Assembly: GCA_002633005.1 (NCBI GenBank)
Contig: NMRA01000080.1
Location: forward strand, 844,877 to 908,876
Direction of reading: 5' to 3'
DNA: 64,000 bases
Origin: Phoronis australis
Taxonomy: Eukaryota > Animalia > Phoronida
The notes beneath the pieces are model-generated. The model saw only the letters and a program-made list of their open reading frames with translations, did no database searches and had not been told where the DNA came from. A program made the translations under genes and the position numbers. This document shows, one piece after another, positions 12,701 to 47,500 of this stretch. Position 1 is the stretch's first letter, and each line of letters starts with the position of its first letter.

Positions 12701-15700
12701 CAATTAATGCTTCTTTTTCCCAATTTCATTTATTATTCTTTGCATACGGTCCATAAACTAAGAGTTGGAATTGATAAAAGAAATTGAGAAGCTGCAACAC
12801 AGGCCAGAAATATAGATTACTCGCANCACAAACAAGAAGTTAACACAGAGTATGGTGTCTCAATCCTCATTGGATAGAAAACTGGGAATACCCTAGATAT
12901 ATTTAAACTTAAACCAATAAATTGCTGCCTTCTATCCCTCCTGAAGGCGTGATCCGCCTGTGAGATACATTCTTAGAGAATGCCTCCAGACGGCATCAGG
13001 CCCTGAGTGAAAATAAACAGTCACGCCATAAGGCGGGACCAGGGAGGAATGAGTTAAGGAAACTTGAAGCAAAGCCAGATAGTTTTATCAATTAATGCTT
13101 CTTTTTCCCAATTTCATTTATTATTCTTTGCATACGGTCCATAAACTAAGAGTTGGAATTGATAAAAGAAATTGAGAAGCTGCAACACAGGCCAGAAATA
13201 TAGATTACTCGCAAAACCGACACCACTAGCCTCTTTCCATTTGGTTTTGTCTTTTTGTTTATAGTGAAGTGATTCATCAGGCATGTTTAAAAATGCTCGA
13301 CTTAAAGTCGCATACTGCCTCAGAAGTGTACAGTCATGATTAATTTACAGTTAGGGTCAATATTGTGAGAGTGTGTACCTGACTGTTTTACAGATCCCTG
13401 TTGGTGGATGCTGGTGGGTCCTTGATGACTATCAAGTACCTGACTGGCAATGACACGAAAGGAGCGAATCTGGCTCTCAACAAAAACCTGTTTGGTTTGA
13501 CCAATGGCACTGGCTGTCACAAGATTCGGGCTTTGGTGAATGAGGAGATAGACCGTGTCGCGCCTCATGATAAGTGGTCAACCTGGATGGTAGGTGGCGC
13601 TTGGTGTACGAGATTGCTGGGTCTTGTTTACGAATGCACTGCTGTTTTGTTTTTCAATGAGATATTTATTTCTCAAAGCATGAATGCAGTTGTAAATAGC
13701 ATATGAAGAGCTGCTGCATATGCATCTCTACTTGTACGTACTGTGCTTGGGTATCACGTTTTCTTAGATGCAAAATCCGTTGAACGCACAGCACTATAAT
13801 AGTGTATAGTTGATGACCTTCATTTCTTTCCTTGAATACTTCCAAAACAACGATTGAGATCCCGGGGGGCAATGGTACAACATTTGACCATGAGACATAA
13901 ATAAGTGAAATCACACATGGTATTTGAAACAATCGTCTTTAATTCTCAAGTAAACGAAAAATAATGCCATAATACTACCACTAAGCAGTAGGTTCCAGTG
14001 ATCCCAGTGGCTCATACTATGGTAACAGGATAGTCGCACGAACAAGCGTATTGTGTGGCGAGACCCTGTTTGTCGCTTGTTCAAAACTGGGTTTTCAAAT
14101 GCGATTAAAAGGGACTTAAAGATTTTTAGTAGCTTGATGTGCTGAAGAGATGACGACAGGTTTCCCATCCATGTTTTTCTAGCGAAAATGCTCACGGATG
14201 GCACCATTCGGTAGATGCACAGCGATGGGCGTGTTTTAATGCTCTTTGTTGCTCGTGTTTTCTCAACCTGAGTGAAAATGTGAATTAAATGTTGACTATG
14301 ACTTGAGTCCATTGAAAAGTGATTGAAGCTTTCTGTTCATGGGTGATGTCATAGAATTCTAATCCTCTCTCTAGCTAAGTGACTCGAATTCGCCTCGCCC
14401 TGCCTCCCGCCTCGGCCGCGAGAAAGTCAACATAGCTAACATGCTGCAGCTCCTCCTACCAGGCACTGCCGTCGTCTACTACGGTAACGAGATCGGCATG
14501 GTTGATGGAAACTTGAACAAGGTGAGACGGCTTGGTTGATTTATATTTTCTTTATGTGGTAATTTTAGATAGCTTCTAGACATTGACTGACACCTAGTAC
14601 GTGTTGGTTTGTATTTGGCTCTAAATGTCCCTTATGGACAGTAATGTTTTGTCAAAGGCAGACTGCCGTGGTACAACTGATCTTAATTGTACCTGGTGTA
14701 GTGCTATGACTGCTATACAGCATTAATGTTGGACAGGTTGAAGTACAATTTTCTGGATTTTTTGTTAAGAAATTTCAGGAGCTGGAAACAGCAGGGCGCC
14801 CACATTCTTGTACGTACCTGGGGTTCCTGATAAAACACCCTTGGTGCTTTTTCGTAAACTATTCCTTCAAGCTGCTTTTCTGGGAATGTGCACCTTTTCA
14901 GAAACTCGATTTTGATGTCCTGTTGGCCTAATGATACCTTCAAAATGGTGGTATAGACCATGTTGATGGGTATCCACTTGTTGATATGGCAATTTCATAC
15001 CTTCTTAAATTTGCAAAATTCATTTTCGTCCCTCTTTTTGTAGCAAGAATAACTTGTGGAAAATGAATATTTTTTCTCGAAAACTCATGGAAAATAAATT
15101 CTTTATGTTAGCGTGTACCGTCTATTAGAAGCACTGGCTTTTGTTATTGGTGTCCTTACAAAGTTCATATAATTTGTCCTACAGATCGAGAATAACTACC
15201 GTACGCCTATGCAGTGGGATGGCTCCCCCTTCGCGGGATTCTCCAATGCTACCCCCTGGCTGCCTGTACCCGCCGACTACAAGCTCAACAGTGTGAAGGT
15301 ATAGCGTTGAAACTCTTGATGTGTATTAATTGGCCCTTTGTGTGGCCCGGTGTTTAAATAAAAGCCTTTTTGTGCAACCGTGGGGCAATTGACCTATCGC
15401 CAGGATTTTGAGTGACGACTGAACTGACCAATCAAAACCCAGCACTTTTGAGACACCTTCGTTTCCAAGCCACCATCTTACCCGACAAACGACACGTTGC
15501 TGGGTAATACTTACTGTTTGTTTGTCGCCATTTTGCAAGAGGACGGAGCTTACGATTGGTCAATTACTTGGTTCCTCAACTTGACATGGTTTTGCTCTCA
15601 AGATCTGTGCTGTATTCTCTGTTCATAGTTTGTGTTCAGATAGATCACTATAGTAAAGAGACTCTTTGCTTCTTTTCAATTAAGAACTTTGTAAAAGGTG

Positions 15701-18034
15701 TTTGACAGTAAACCTATGGCACATGTTCAATTACAGATCAAATGTTTTCCAAATAAGGAGAATTAAATGTTGCATTTTCTAAATATTTTTAATTTCTGGT
15801 GGTACGCCAACAAAATGACTGCCACGGCTGAACGGCATCGAACACCTCTAGTTATAAATTTCCAGTAGCAATTGAAATACGTACTGGATCTGTTGTGTTG
15901 GTGTCACTCTACTTGTGAACATCTTTATGTGTTCTAAACTGGTGAAAATAAAAGAACGAGTGTCTATGTTGAGGAAGAAAATCAAGAGCCACAAATCTGC
16001 TCTTTGTCTTCTGTAAGACGTGCACGCTTTTAAACAGGGGTTGGAATTTTCCGCGGAAACGCGGATTTCCGCTTTTTTCAAATGTGCTTTCCGCTTTTTT
16101 TATAATATTTCCGCGTAAAAAAATCGGATTTGATATAAAATTTCCGCGGCAAATTCCTTTCTTACCGCGGCGTTGCAGACGACGTTCACCTCGAAAAGCG
16201 AAAGTTGCTCTTTATGTTTCGGAGGAACGTAAATTGTCAACATTGCCGGGGCATCTGGGACAGCGTGGTGGAAGATTTTCAATGGCGTCTCGTGTTATTG
16301 TTAAGCGCGGCGATAAATACTACCGCTCTGCAGCCAAAAATGTGTGGGTTGGGAGTGGACGGGCGAGCTGAAAGAACGCAGATGCATGCTACTGATGGTG
16401 GTAACGTTTTTTTTTTTAGTCCACCCGTCTTTTGTCGGGGAAAGGTTCACATCGACCCACCCGTCTTTTGTCGGGGAAAGGTTCACATCGACCATTTCAA
16501 GGCTGGTTATCGGGAGATTTGGGCCGTAAAAGTTTCAAAGTTTCCGTGTTTTTTGTCATTGGTCATTCCAAGCCCTGTTGAAAGTCATTTAGGACCTTAT
16601 TGCCAAGTCTCTGTATTGAGCCAAATATCTACAAACTATAGATAACAACTCTATGAAAATATTTATTTGAAAATAAAGACTTGATTTTTGACTTAATATC
16701 AGTCTGGCATTAGTCGGGTTACTTGACTATGTCTTTTAGCAAACAAATGCAAAAATTGAGGTACATTCATAGGAAGGCAGAGGTATCAGTAATGTGATCA
16801 GATTTCGTTTTGTTGTAAATTCTAAAAATGAAATCTCAAAGACACTGTTGCAGTGTTCTAAATATAACATGACCAACTTTCATTTGACATAAAGGCTCAA
16901 AATGAAGTCTTAGAAATGCTGTTGCAGTTTTGTAAATTAATAATTTCATTTTCCATTTATGCAGTTTTTGAGTTTCTTCGTAAAAGTCCTACTTTTTGAT
17001 AGCCCCTCATACAAAAGTGGAATATTTTAAAAACAACTCCAAACAATTTTGGATTACAATGCATAAGGCATGGTATCTGAAAGTTTCTTGTGAATCTGCG
17101 GTCAGCCATTTTGGGACATGATGTTCCGAAATTAGTCAAATTTGTAATTTTGCTTGGATCGTACGTGACTGTTGTGAAGTTGTAAACCACTGAGATTGAA
17201 TGACCACTGAAGCACAAATTTTCTAATGACCAGAAAGGATATTTTTGGTCAAATCAGAACATGATCATGGTAATTTTCGTTATTTGAACATTTTGTGATT
17301 TTGTCCAACGTTGGTCTTAACAAATTTTACTACCGAAAATTAAGTACATTGTAAGTAACTTAAGTACAGTACGAGTATTTAGGAATACACTTATTTAGTA
17401 TATTAATGTATTCATTTTGGAAATGACCCATTTAATATTCTGAGAAGTTTGATTTTATTCAGGTGTAATCTGTTGAATAGGTATTGATAATCAAGAGTGT
17501 GACTTTATTTGTGGGATGACTCGACATGCTAAGTTGAGCAGACTCGGCTTTGATAGCTTTCTCATTTAACTGTGATGACCACCTTTGGTCTCATCAAATC
17601 TAACTAAACGAAACTAAAAAAAAAAAATTCAACTTGGTGTCTATGTATTCTTTGCTTTACAGGCTCAGTTCAGTGCTGGTGCTGGCAAAAGTAATCTGGA
17701 AGTGTTCGAAGAGTTGAGCTTTTTGCGTACTAACGAATCCTTGCTTTGGGGTGAGCTCATCTGGAATGTCGTCCAAAACGGCATCGTCTCTTTCGTTCGC
17801 AAGGCCGAAGGCTTCCCGGGCTATCTGGTCGTCCTCAACTTCGGCAAGTCAGCCGCTCTCGTCGAGTGTCGGACAGCCGACCCAGACAATGTGACCAAGG
17901 TTGGCGAGGTGGTAGCTACGTCGGCCAACTTTAAACATGACGACTTCAAGCTAAAGGCGAAACTTAACTTGGACAAGTTGGTGCTGGGGCCTGCAGAGGG
18001 AGTTGTCTTCAAACTGATTGAGGACAAGGCCTAG
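3584..18034 (+). CDS. SLC3A1: SLC3-family (rBAT/4F2hc-like) amino acid transporter heavy chain, GH13 alpha-glucosidase-like ectodomain; 5'-partial, 9 exons: 3584-3763, 6082-6239, 7352-7477, 11445-11558, 12445-12560, 13394-13589, 14375-14521, 15185-15298, 17663-18034
   Basis: All junctions are GT-AG with compatible phases (1523 nt, about 507 aa). GH13 motifs: LWISSIYESP, LLDFIPNHTS, PPNNW, QYYLHQ..PELNLRNP, GVDGF, LPGTAVVYYGNEIGM, RTPMQWD, PWLPV. Catalytic residues are absent and there are 8 N-x-S/T sequons. Assignment to SLC3A1 rather than SLC3A2 rests only on retention of domain B. Confidence 0.85.
3988..4553. mobile_element. PIF/Harbinger (Tourist-like) MITE
   Basis: About 40-bp TIRs GGGCTGTTCCAG.AAAATCTGT.TGGGAGGGGGGGAAGGCA; TTA duplicated at 3985-3987 and 4554-4556. 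Confidence 0.8.
5763..6008 (+). mobile_element. tRNA-derived SINE (3' end approximate)
   Basis: Pol III A box TGGTCTAGTGG at 5772-5782 and B box GGTTCAAGTCC at 5815-5825; no convincing cloverleaf; unrelated body and AT-rich tail. Confidence 0.6.
6082..6239 (+). CDS. SLC3-like exon (GMKLLLDFIPNHTS...PPNNW)
   Basis: ttgtag / gtaagt; GH13 conserved region I. Confidence 0.92.
6420..7110. repeat. (ATA/TAT/TAC)n low-complexity microsatellite interrupted by a MITE
   Basis: Trinucleotide runs at 6420-6508 and 7010-7110. Confidence 0.8.
6509..7009 (+). mobile_element. MITE with CAGGGCTTGGAAT TIRs (hAT-like), copy 1
   Basis: 13-bp perfect TIR; flanking TTTACT/TTTACT; homologous to 16035-16577. Confidence 0.85.
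7352..7477 (+). CDS. SLC3-like exon (VSTYSKPAW...QYYLHQTQENLPELNLRNPKVLDELT)
   Basis: ttttcag / gtatgg; 126 nt, phase 0-0; domain B. Confidence 0.9.
9528..11391 (+). mobile_element. DINE-1/Helentron-type (Helitron2) non-autonomous element with an internal tandem array of about 150-bp units
   Basis: T-run then subTIR ATGCGCCCAC (9533), partial IR GTGGACGCAT (9553), (CCGT)n (9576), 3' subTIR GTGGGCGCAT (11357), stem-loop CAACG-ttccg-CGTTG, end CTCTTGTT. Confidence 0.85.
11445..11558 (+). CDS. SLC3-like exon (EILQHWLDLGVDGFVVQNAQYLFED...)
   Basis: tttgcag / gtaagt; degenerate GH13 region II. Confidence 0.92.
11762..12057. repeat. Tandem duplication, 147 bp x 2
   Basis: AGAGTCAGAACTGACTTTTTGCAC... 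at 11762 and 11909. Confidence 0.9.
12445..12560 (+). CDS. SLC3-like exon (GDYDSLQHTLTVDQPENF...)
   Basis: tttgcag / gtagtg; phase 0-2; resembles the L.H.YT.DQPE segment of GH13 glucosidases and rBAT. Confidence 0.87.
12666..13213. repeat. 160-bp identical direct repeat across an n contig join
   Basis: 12666-12825 = 13054-13213; n at 12826. Confidence 0.9.
13394..13589 (+). CDS. SLC3-like exon (SLLVDAGG...WSTWM)
   Basis: ttttacag / gtaggt; phase 2-0. Confidence 0.87.
14375..14521 (+). CDS. SLC3-like exon (LSDSNSPRPASRLG...LPGTAVVYYGNEIGM)
   Basis: ctctctag / gtgaga; 147 nt. Confidence 0.92.
15185..15298 (+). CDS. SLC3-like exon (IENNYRTPMQWD...PWLPVPADYKLNSVK)
   Basis: cctacag / gtatag; 114 nt. 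Confidence 0.92.
15388..15564 (+). mobile_element. Short MITE-like interspersed repeat (second copy at about 41374-41555)
   Basis: Ends AATTGACCTATCG / CGATTGGTCAATT; the body aligns by eye with 41374-41555. Confidence 0.6.
16035..16577 (+). mobile_element. MITE with CAGGG(C/G)TTGGAAT TIRs, copy 2, with an internal 36-bp duplication
   Basis: Homologous to 6509-7009; flanks TTTAAA/TTGAAA; duplication at 16421-16492. Confidence 0.85.
17663..18034 (+). CDS. SLC3-like terminal exon (C-terminal beta domain)
   Basis: tttacag acceptor; open frame to TAG at 18032-18034; SFVRKAEGFPGYLVVLNFG...LVLGPAEGVV is typical of the SLC3 C-domain. Confidence 0.92.
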   Translation, partial: AQFSAGAGKSNLEVFEELSFLRTNESLLWGELIWNVVQNGIVSFVRKAEGFPGYLVVLNFGKSAALVECRTADPDNVTKVGEVVATSANFKHDDFKLKAKLNLDKLVLGPAEGVVFKLIEDKA

Positions 18035-21000
18035 GGGGGCAGCACTAGCTGGTGTCATTCTGGCACTGAGCATGCATGTTAACATCAACACTGTGCAATA
18101 GAGTCGAAACTTGTAAAACATTGTGAAAGAATACTGTTGCAACTTTGTGGCTTCTTAGAAATCATTCAGATGGATTATATGTTAGCTAAGAGAAATTTTG
18201 TTAAATATAATTTGGAATCATTTTTTAGTTATTTTCTTTTAGCATGATTGCAGTGTTGAAGTTACGTTAAAAAGGATTGTGTTGTCCGTTAACATCGGTG
18301 AAGTGTACTCAAATAAAGCAATTTTAAAGGAGTTCTTTTCAATGGGAACATTTGAATTGGTGCACTTTAATTTGGCCTGTTGGTGGCATGCTCTTTTCAC
18401 ACCGGAGATTTGTTCTTGATAATTGTTGCCTTGGGAAGTTTTTTGTGTAATGAGCACAGGTTTCAAAACGAGTCTGGGTATCAACTACTCTTTTTAGTGT
18501 AACAATTATCTGAAAATTAGTCGGAATTTTTTTTTCTTCGAAAAATTACCAGTTGACAACAAGAAGAAATATTGTCTACCTTCTTTTAAAACTAAAAAAT
18601 CCATTTCCTACGATTTGTGTAGCTCTACAATACAACTTGTGAACATAAATCAATATGAAAATCGCACATTTTATTTTTTTTTTATTTCTGTTTTTGTTGA
18701 TAAAGGAAGTTATTACATCCGAAAATTTCAAATTTCAGTTGATCCATTCTTGTTTTATTTACCGATTTATATTCTTCATTTCATGAAACAATAGTATCCT
18801 TGGGAGGATCTGGATCGCCTTATTTAGTTTCAGATATATTTTCTACGTATTTTATTTGTTCAATACGAAACATAACAAGCAGATACAGCATTTCTGAGTC
18901 CTCAAATATTTAAGAATCACAATCAACATTGGCCATCAATGACATACAAAGATAATTAGGCGAAGTGGGTCACAAATCTAAATTTGATCTACAACTGACG
19001 CACAAGTACAGGACCTTGGCATTGTGGCATGCTATAGGTTTTTAAGTTCACTGTACATGGTCAGTGAAGGCAGTGAGTTAACGGACGCAAATCGCAATAA
19101 GCTGCACAATTTTGGACAGATGCCATAAAGTTATCACAACCAGGAAGTCGGGGGCCCATTCCACGAAAACTGACTTGACTAAGACAAATCTGTGCCAAGA
19201 AAGTGATTATAAGTTTGACTTGATATTTGTTGGCTAACTAGTTTCAAAATTTGGAAGTTGAGCAAATCTTATGACTCGTCAAAATCAACTTAAGCCGGTT
19301 TCTTGGAACTAGCACTTGCAATGCCTCCTCAGGACTGAAATACGTCGCGTGTGACATTTAAAAGACACCAAACTCTGTTTTGATGATTTCAATCAATCCG
19401 GTCACCTGTTAATGCATCATTGGCGTTAATCTTCCAAGTTAAAGGTAGGAATCAACTAAAAATTCATCGACTGAAAACTCGTACTCCCTACGTCACAGAT
19501 TTGAATTTTTGGTCCTTGGTGAGTGGTATTTTCTTACAGTTGCCGTGAAAGTCAATAACAGCGTAAGTCACGTTTGCCTGTTTAACAGACATTGAAAGGA
19601 GTTTTCAAATTTTCTTCCAAACTATGGAGGGTTGTCGAGAGTTGCAGAGCATTATTTTGTTTCAGAGAACTGGGGAAAGTCGTTACCGGGTTTGGTATCC
19701 CTTTAACTCAAATGTGGGACAGGAGGCGACATGAGCTCAAAATTATTGTGATTTCAAAACAATTTAAACTTGCACATTATGTATCGAACTGCAATAGTCG
19801 GGGATAAAAGCTCCTTGTGCTCATTAATTTTATTCACCGTAGAGCAACTGAAAGAACTTCAATAATTGTTAGACTAGTATCTACTCAGAGACTAGAATTG
19901 GTTCGATATTTTCTGGCTCGTGATTATTTATAGAACTGGCGTCAAGTAATTCTTAACAAAGATGGCTGGCCTTGCCAACAAGTCACAGGTTGGTTCCTTT
20001 TTTCAGTTGGTTTTTAGGACCTACTTTTAATTCCATGTTGTCGTTTGGGTAATGGTGACACATTTTTAATCTCGCTTCCATATACTGTACTGGGCTGAAC
20101 TTTGCACGTGTGTGACTCGTTGTCCCGATAACACGCCCCAATAAAACACTGGGAAATACAAACGGTGAATATGCCGGCAGTGAAAGGACCCAATGTTCCA
20201 TTCAAAATTTGAGGTCCGATAGCTATGGGAGATGGAATTCCACCCACCCTCCCAACACACTGCAAGCTCACGATAATATGTTATCTATGAATTGAAACGT
20301 GTAGCAACAAATCGTTTATGAATCAACCGATTTTCTGCCGGATCCACATCAACTGAAAGCGATTTTTTACGAAACCGACTAAGGAGGGTCCCACCATCGG
20401 CGGAGTGATATTTGTCCAAACCGTAACCTGAAAACTGAATCGGTGACGCTCTTCTCACAGGTAGGGGCTTTCAAACCAAGTCAAACTAAGGCCACGAAAA
20501 AGTGCTAGATGTTGACGGCGTTGACAAAATCGTTAAAATAGCATAGATACGTCTATGCATGAAAATTCGCTAGAAATGATGCGAGTAATCCTACTAAAAA
20601 ATAATGATTTTTTTTAATGAAAAGCATGGTCACGTGATTCTAATACAATTGTCTAAGCATTATTTTCGAGCACTAGTTTCCGTGACGGGATCCGGGAGAG
20701 GAGGTACGGGTTTCCTTCCAAAGCAAAGACAAAAACACTGACCATATCCGGTCAGATTATCTACGCAAGCGGTATTTTCAGAGGACATTATCTTGTAATA
20801 ATTAATGCAAGGACAACAGACCATTTCTTGTTTTGATGAGGAATCTTCATTTTTTCTCTTGCCATTCTCTTGTCTCTACCGAACTATTATTGGTGAAATG
20901 TCTGTTAGTAGGCCAAAGCTGGGTTTGGTAACCTTTCAAACCACGCCCCCAGTAAAAAGAATACTTCCTCAAACTGACCCAGCCAGTGTATCACAAAAGG

Positions 21001-22240
21001 TTCCCGCCAGTATTAAAATACAACAAGCGGGGGATTGAAAGTAAATTGTATTCTCCAGAACAATAGGTGTCACTCTATTAGCAGGCTGAACACCTCAGAA
21101 TGAAACACAGGAGGGTCTTCTGGCACAACACACATGGACTGAAGCATGTCGAGTTTATATATTGCATAATTAGACTGGTGCCACTGAACAAGTGTATGTT
21201 GAAAGCTGACTAATCTAGTTAACCTTAGTAGTTGGAGTTTGGAAAAAGCAAGCTGGCACACCGAAGAACAGTGATATCACAAATAAATAAATAAAAATAC
21301 CTATAATTCTCAATTTAAGGAACATCTGTGAGGATTTTTAACAAGAAACTAAATTCATTAGACTGGGCTTTCCTAATCTCATTACTAACGGCAATTGTCA
21401 TGCAAGGATATGAGCAAAGATCTAGAATTCTTAATTGTAACATGCACGGGATACAGTGCCTGGAAGTGCTTTGTACATAAAGAATGAATTACAATCTCAG
21501 CATTACCTTCAAGGTATACTCTCAGACTTCAGGTATTTATGTTGTGAGATGCATCCTACTCACAAACTCACAATCTTGTTACCTATGCTGGCCAATCACA
21601 AACAATTTTTAGTCTGGTCTGCACTCCACCTATTGGCCACATCACGTAACCTAATGAACATGTTTGCCAATATGGGACTAGATGCTGACATCACTACCAA
21701 ACAAAGGATATTGGGCCGATCCCAGAATTCTCTACACATAACAAATAAGACAGGCAAATGTCCAACAGCCAATTACAAGCCACTGGAAAACACTGAAGAG
21801 TATCTCGGAGCGTCAAACTAAGTTGGTTGTCTGGGAATGATGTCATGGGATGATTCAATAACATTTTATTTGAAGATGTTCCTAGTCAGCTCCTGCCATG
21901 CCCTTAAGTGGTCAGTATTTCAGAAGTACACCCCCCTACACAATAATTTTTCAGCGTTTAACTTCTGGAGTTTGCCTTTAATGAGGATAAAACGCTCTCA
22001 GTGATTCTTGCGAGGATTCCATTTTGCTCAGCCCCACTGTCTGCACACGGCTCATCACAATTTTGAAAAAATGTCAGTGAACACAGGTAAGGATCACTGA
22101 TGCAGAGTTTAAAAGCATACCAAATGTACACTTAAAGTAATGAAGTAATGAACTACATTTCAATACAATGTGATTGACTTTGTTAAAAAAATCCTAGCGA
22201 GTATCATCTAAACATGATACTCTGTAAGCACAATAATTCA

Positions 22241-44586
<22,346 letters not shown>

Positions 44587-47500
44587 GTTAAAGATGTTAC
44601 CCTCTTAACCAAGAGCTTTTTGTTTTTCACATCAGCGATGGAAATTTGGTGGAAGGCTGGGTCTTGCAGAAATGAAAATCGATTTCTGTCATTAGTCACC
44701 GGCTACAGTTTCACGATGTTGAAAAAGAAAATAATCAAATATGCAAAAATAGTTTAATTATCACAATAAATATTTCATTATATAAATGACATACGAGGCT
44801 TACTACGAATCGATTTAGATTATAAAACAATATGTTTGAAATAAGATATTATTATTTGCCTGTGTAAAAACTAGGAAGTGGAAATGCTCAGTTAAAATAT
44901 TACATTCGATAAAATTTTTTTTGCAGTTGACAACATTTTGTTAAATCATCGTAGATATACGCTTAAAACGAGAACTGACAAATTCAAAGGAAAATATGTT
45001 CACGAAAACAGTGAATTTCAATCGTTTTTTAAAATGTTGTTAGTTGATGACACTTTCTCGCAAGACGTCGCTTTGCAACGCTGTACAATGAGCTAACCAA
45101 TGAGCTATAGTTGTATCGGCTGCACTGACGAGTTGGGCGGGAGTTCAGTTGGCACGTTCAGTAACGCTAAGACTCACGCAGTGGAGGATTTAGAGGGGGC
45201 CAAAGGGGCCATGCCTCCCTCAAATTCTCCCACACTCTGTTTAGCAGTTCGGGGGTGCGAATGTCTGACGAGCAAAATCCAGCTAATACTCTCGCCGTGG
45301 GCGGCCCCCAATGACTGAGTAGTCCGAAACTCCTGGGTCCCGGCCCCCTGCCACGCTTGGACCTAGCTAAAATCTATTCAATTGAAGTCAAGTGTTCTTA
45401 TTGAAGATACTAGAATCGGCAATATCTCACGGAATCTCGTGATGTCTTGCTTTTTAGCGAGGTCCTAGCGCTACTGAACGGGATTGGCAGGACTAGGTTA
45501 GGCCCCTATGGTCGGAGACGAGATGGCAATGAACGAGAAGTTGACTGATCTTTTTTTGAAATTTGGAACTAAAGGAAAAATGCTTTGGCATTTATAAAAA
45601 TTTAAAATCTCAAACCGTACTTTTTGATGAAGTTGGCGACCGTGACATCAGTTTCCATTGCCGGCAGGGACTCACTTGACTCTGATTCTGCTTGATGTTC
45701 TATAGTTTAAAAAAGCAACACAGTTAACAGGTACTATAAGGCTGAGCGCCTCACTTGTATTTTGAAAATCACTTCATTCATGCTCAAACATTTAACAGTG
45801 TTCATTAATTATTGATGTGCATTGCTGTTGGCGTATTGCCGGGTAGGCTAGGCCTACGTGCAAACTTTACTCCGTCGCTTGTGCCTCCGGGGCCACACTG
45901 AACTGCTGTACCAGCAGGGCCATGATATTGTTGACGGCCCTGGTTAAACACACCGGGAGTATTTTAATTTGAAGCTTTCACTGGGAATGCGATCACCGGG
46001 ATGTCCTCGATTCTCGCCCTCATAAGTGGTTTGTCGGCGTGAACCGTGCATCAGTAACTGTCAGTACTTAATCCCGGCACGATGGCGGTGACTTTTTATG
46101 TGATTTTCGTACGGAAGTTGACTTTTTATGGAATTTCTCTGCGGAATGAGGGTGACTTTTTAAATTTTTCTACCGAATCACATTTTTTTCTATAGGTCTC
46201 TTCGAAGGTACAGATCATGGTTAATTTACAGAAGACACTAGAAAAATATCGACTCTCAGATATCCAAAGAAATGCTATGGTCTTAAAGTCCAATACAGGC
46301 ATTCCTAATGCTTGCATGTTTAGTATTCCTAGACAATACAATATTTTGCCTAAACTTAGGGAAATTGCGCAGTTGGATCTTCATTTTCTTTCTTCCACAC
46401 TTTTAAAGAGGGCAAACTTGTAGTTGGACATTCAGAAAATGTGTCTCAGAGCTTTTGGCGTTGTGTCGGAAAGCACAAGCCTCTCTCGACCTCGTTGGAA
46501 ATACGGCCAAATAGGTGTACAAATAGCGTGAGCTCAGGTATCATCAGGAAATGACTTAGCACGGAAACAGGTGATTATTCAAGGTACACATGAGTCCTGA
46601 GACTAAATAACAACATGTGAAAGGAGTGAAATAAGAAATCACAGGTTTCCTGACAACTGAATCGTGTAGTAAATCTAATGTGACTGTCTCTCAATCTGCT
46701 CAGGCATAGCCTAGGACATAGTAAATATAGGTGTCAACCATTTTTGTTCTAACCGTAGCAAACCATGACGAAAACAGTCAAAATATTGTCAAGTGTCAAA
46801 ATGCATTGCATGTACCAAGTTACCTATTTGAGGCTCTTACATCTATCATTATACTGAACTCATTTGGCCCTGTCGAGCAAGGCTGGTGAAATGAGATTAT
46901 TTCGACAAAAGAGATTGCCCGGAAAAGCCGTAAATATTCATTTACGTGTGTAGTAAAAACCAAAGCGAAGGTCTGAAGACTTTGAACATCGGCAAAAAGC
47001 GTATTAATTACCGAAAATACATAGCCTTGGCAATACGCCGTAGCATTACAGAAACGCATTATTACGCAAATATGTTATTCCCGTATTGATTGACATTTAT
47101 GTAGTAATGAAGAGTCAAAGACAAAGAATTTTCAACGAATATAGACGCCATTTGTGTATTGAGCACTGCAAAGTTGAATTATACCAAGGGCCTAGACATT
47201 TTAGCAGTTTAAAAATGAAGCACAGACTATTTATAAACTTTTTCTTCCAATACAATGTTCAAATTCTTCCCTTAGTACATGTAATGTATATGTGCGCCTG
47301 CGCTCAAGGAAATCGACTCGCTGCTGCATGAAATCGGTTAATGCCCAAAACTTTTAAGGCTGACATGAATAATTCATCAGATTTTTAATGAAATTTCATG
47401 AATTGTGGACTATCTAAATGAGATTACAGTGCTTAAAATCACCAAGCTAAATACAAGGTGGGACAGCACAGGTTAGAATCATTCAAAAATACGCATGCTC

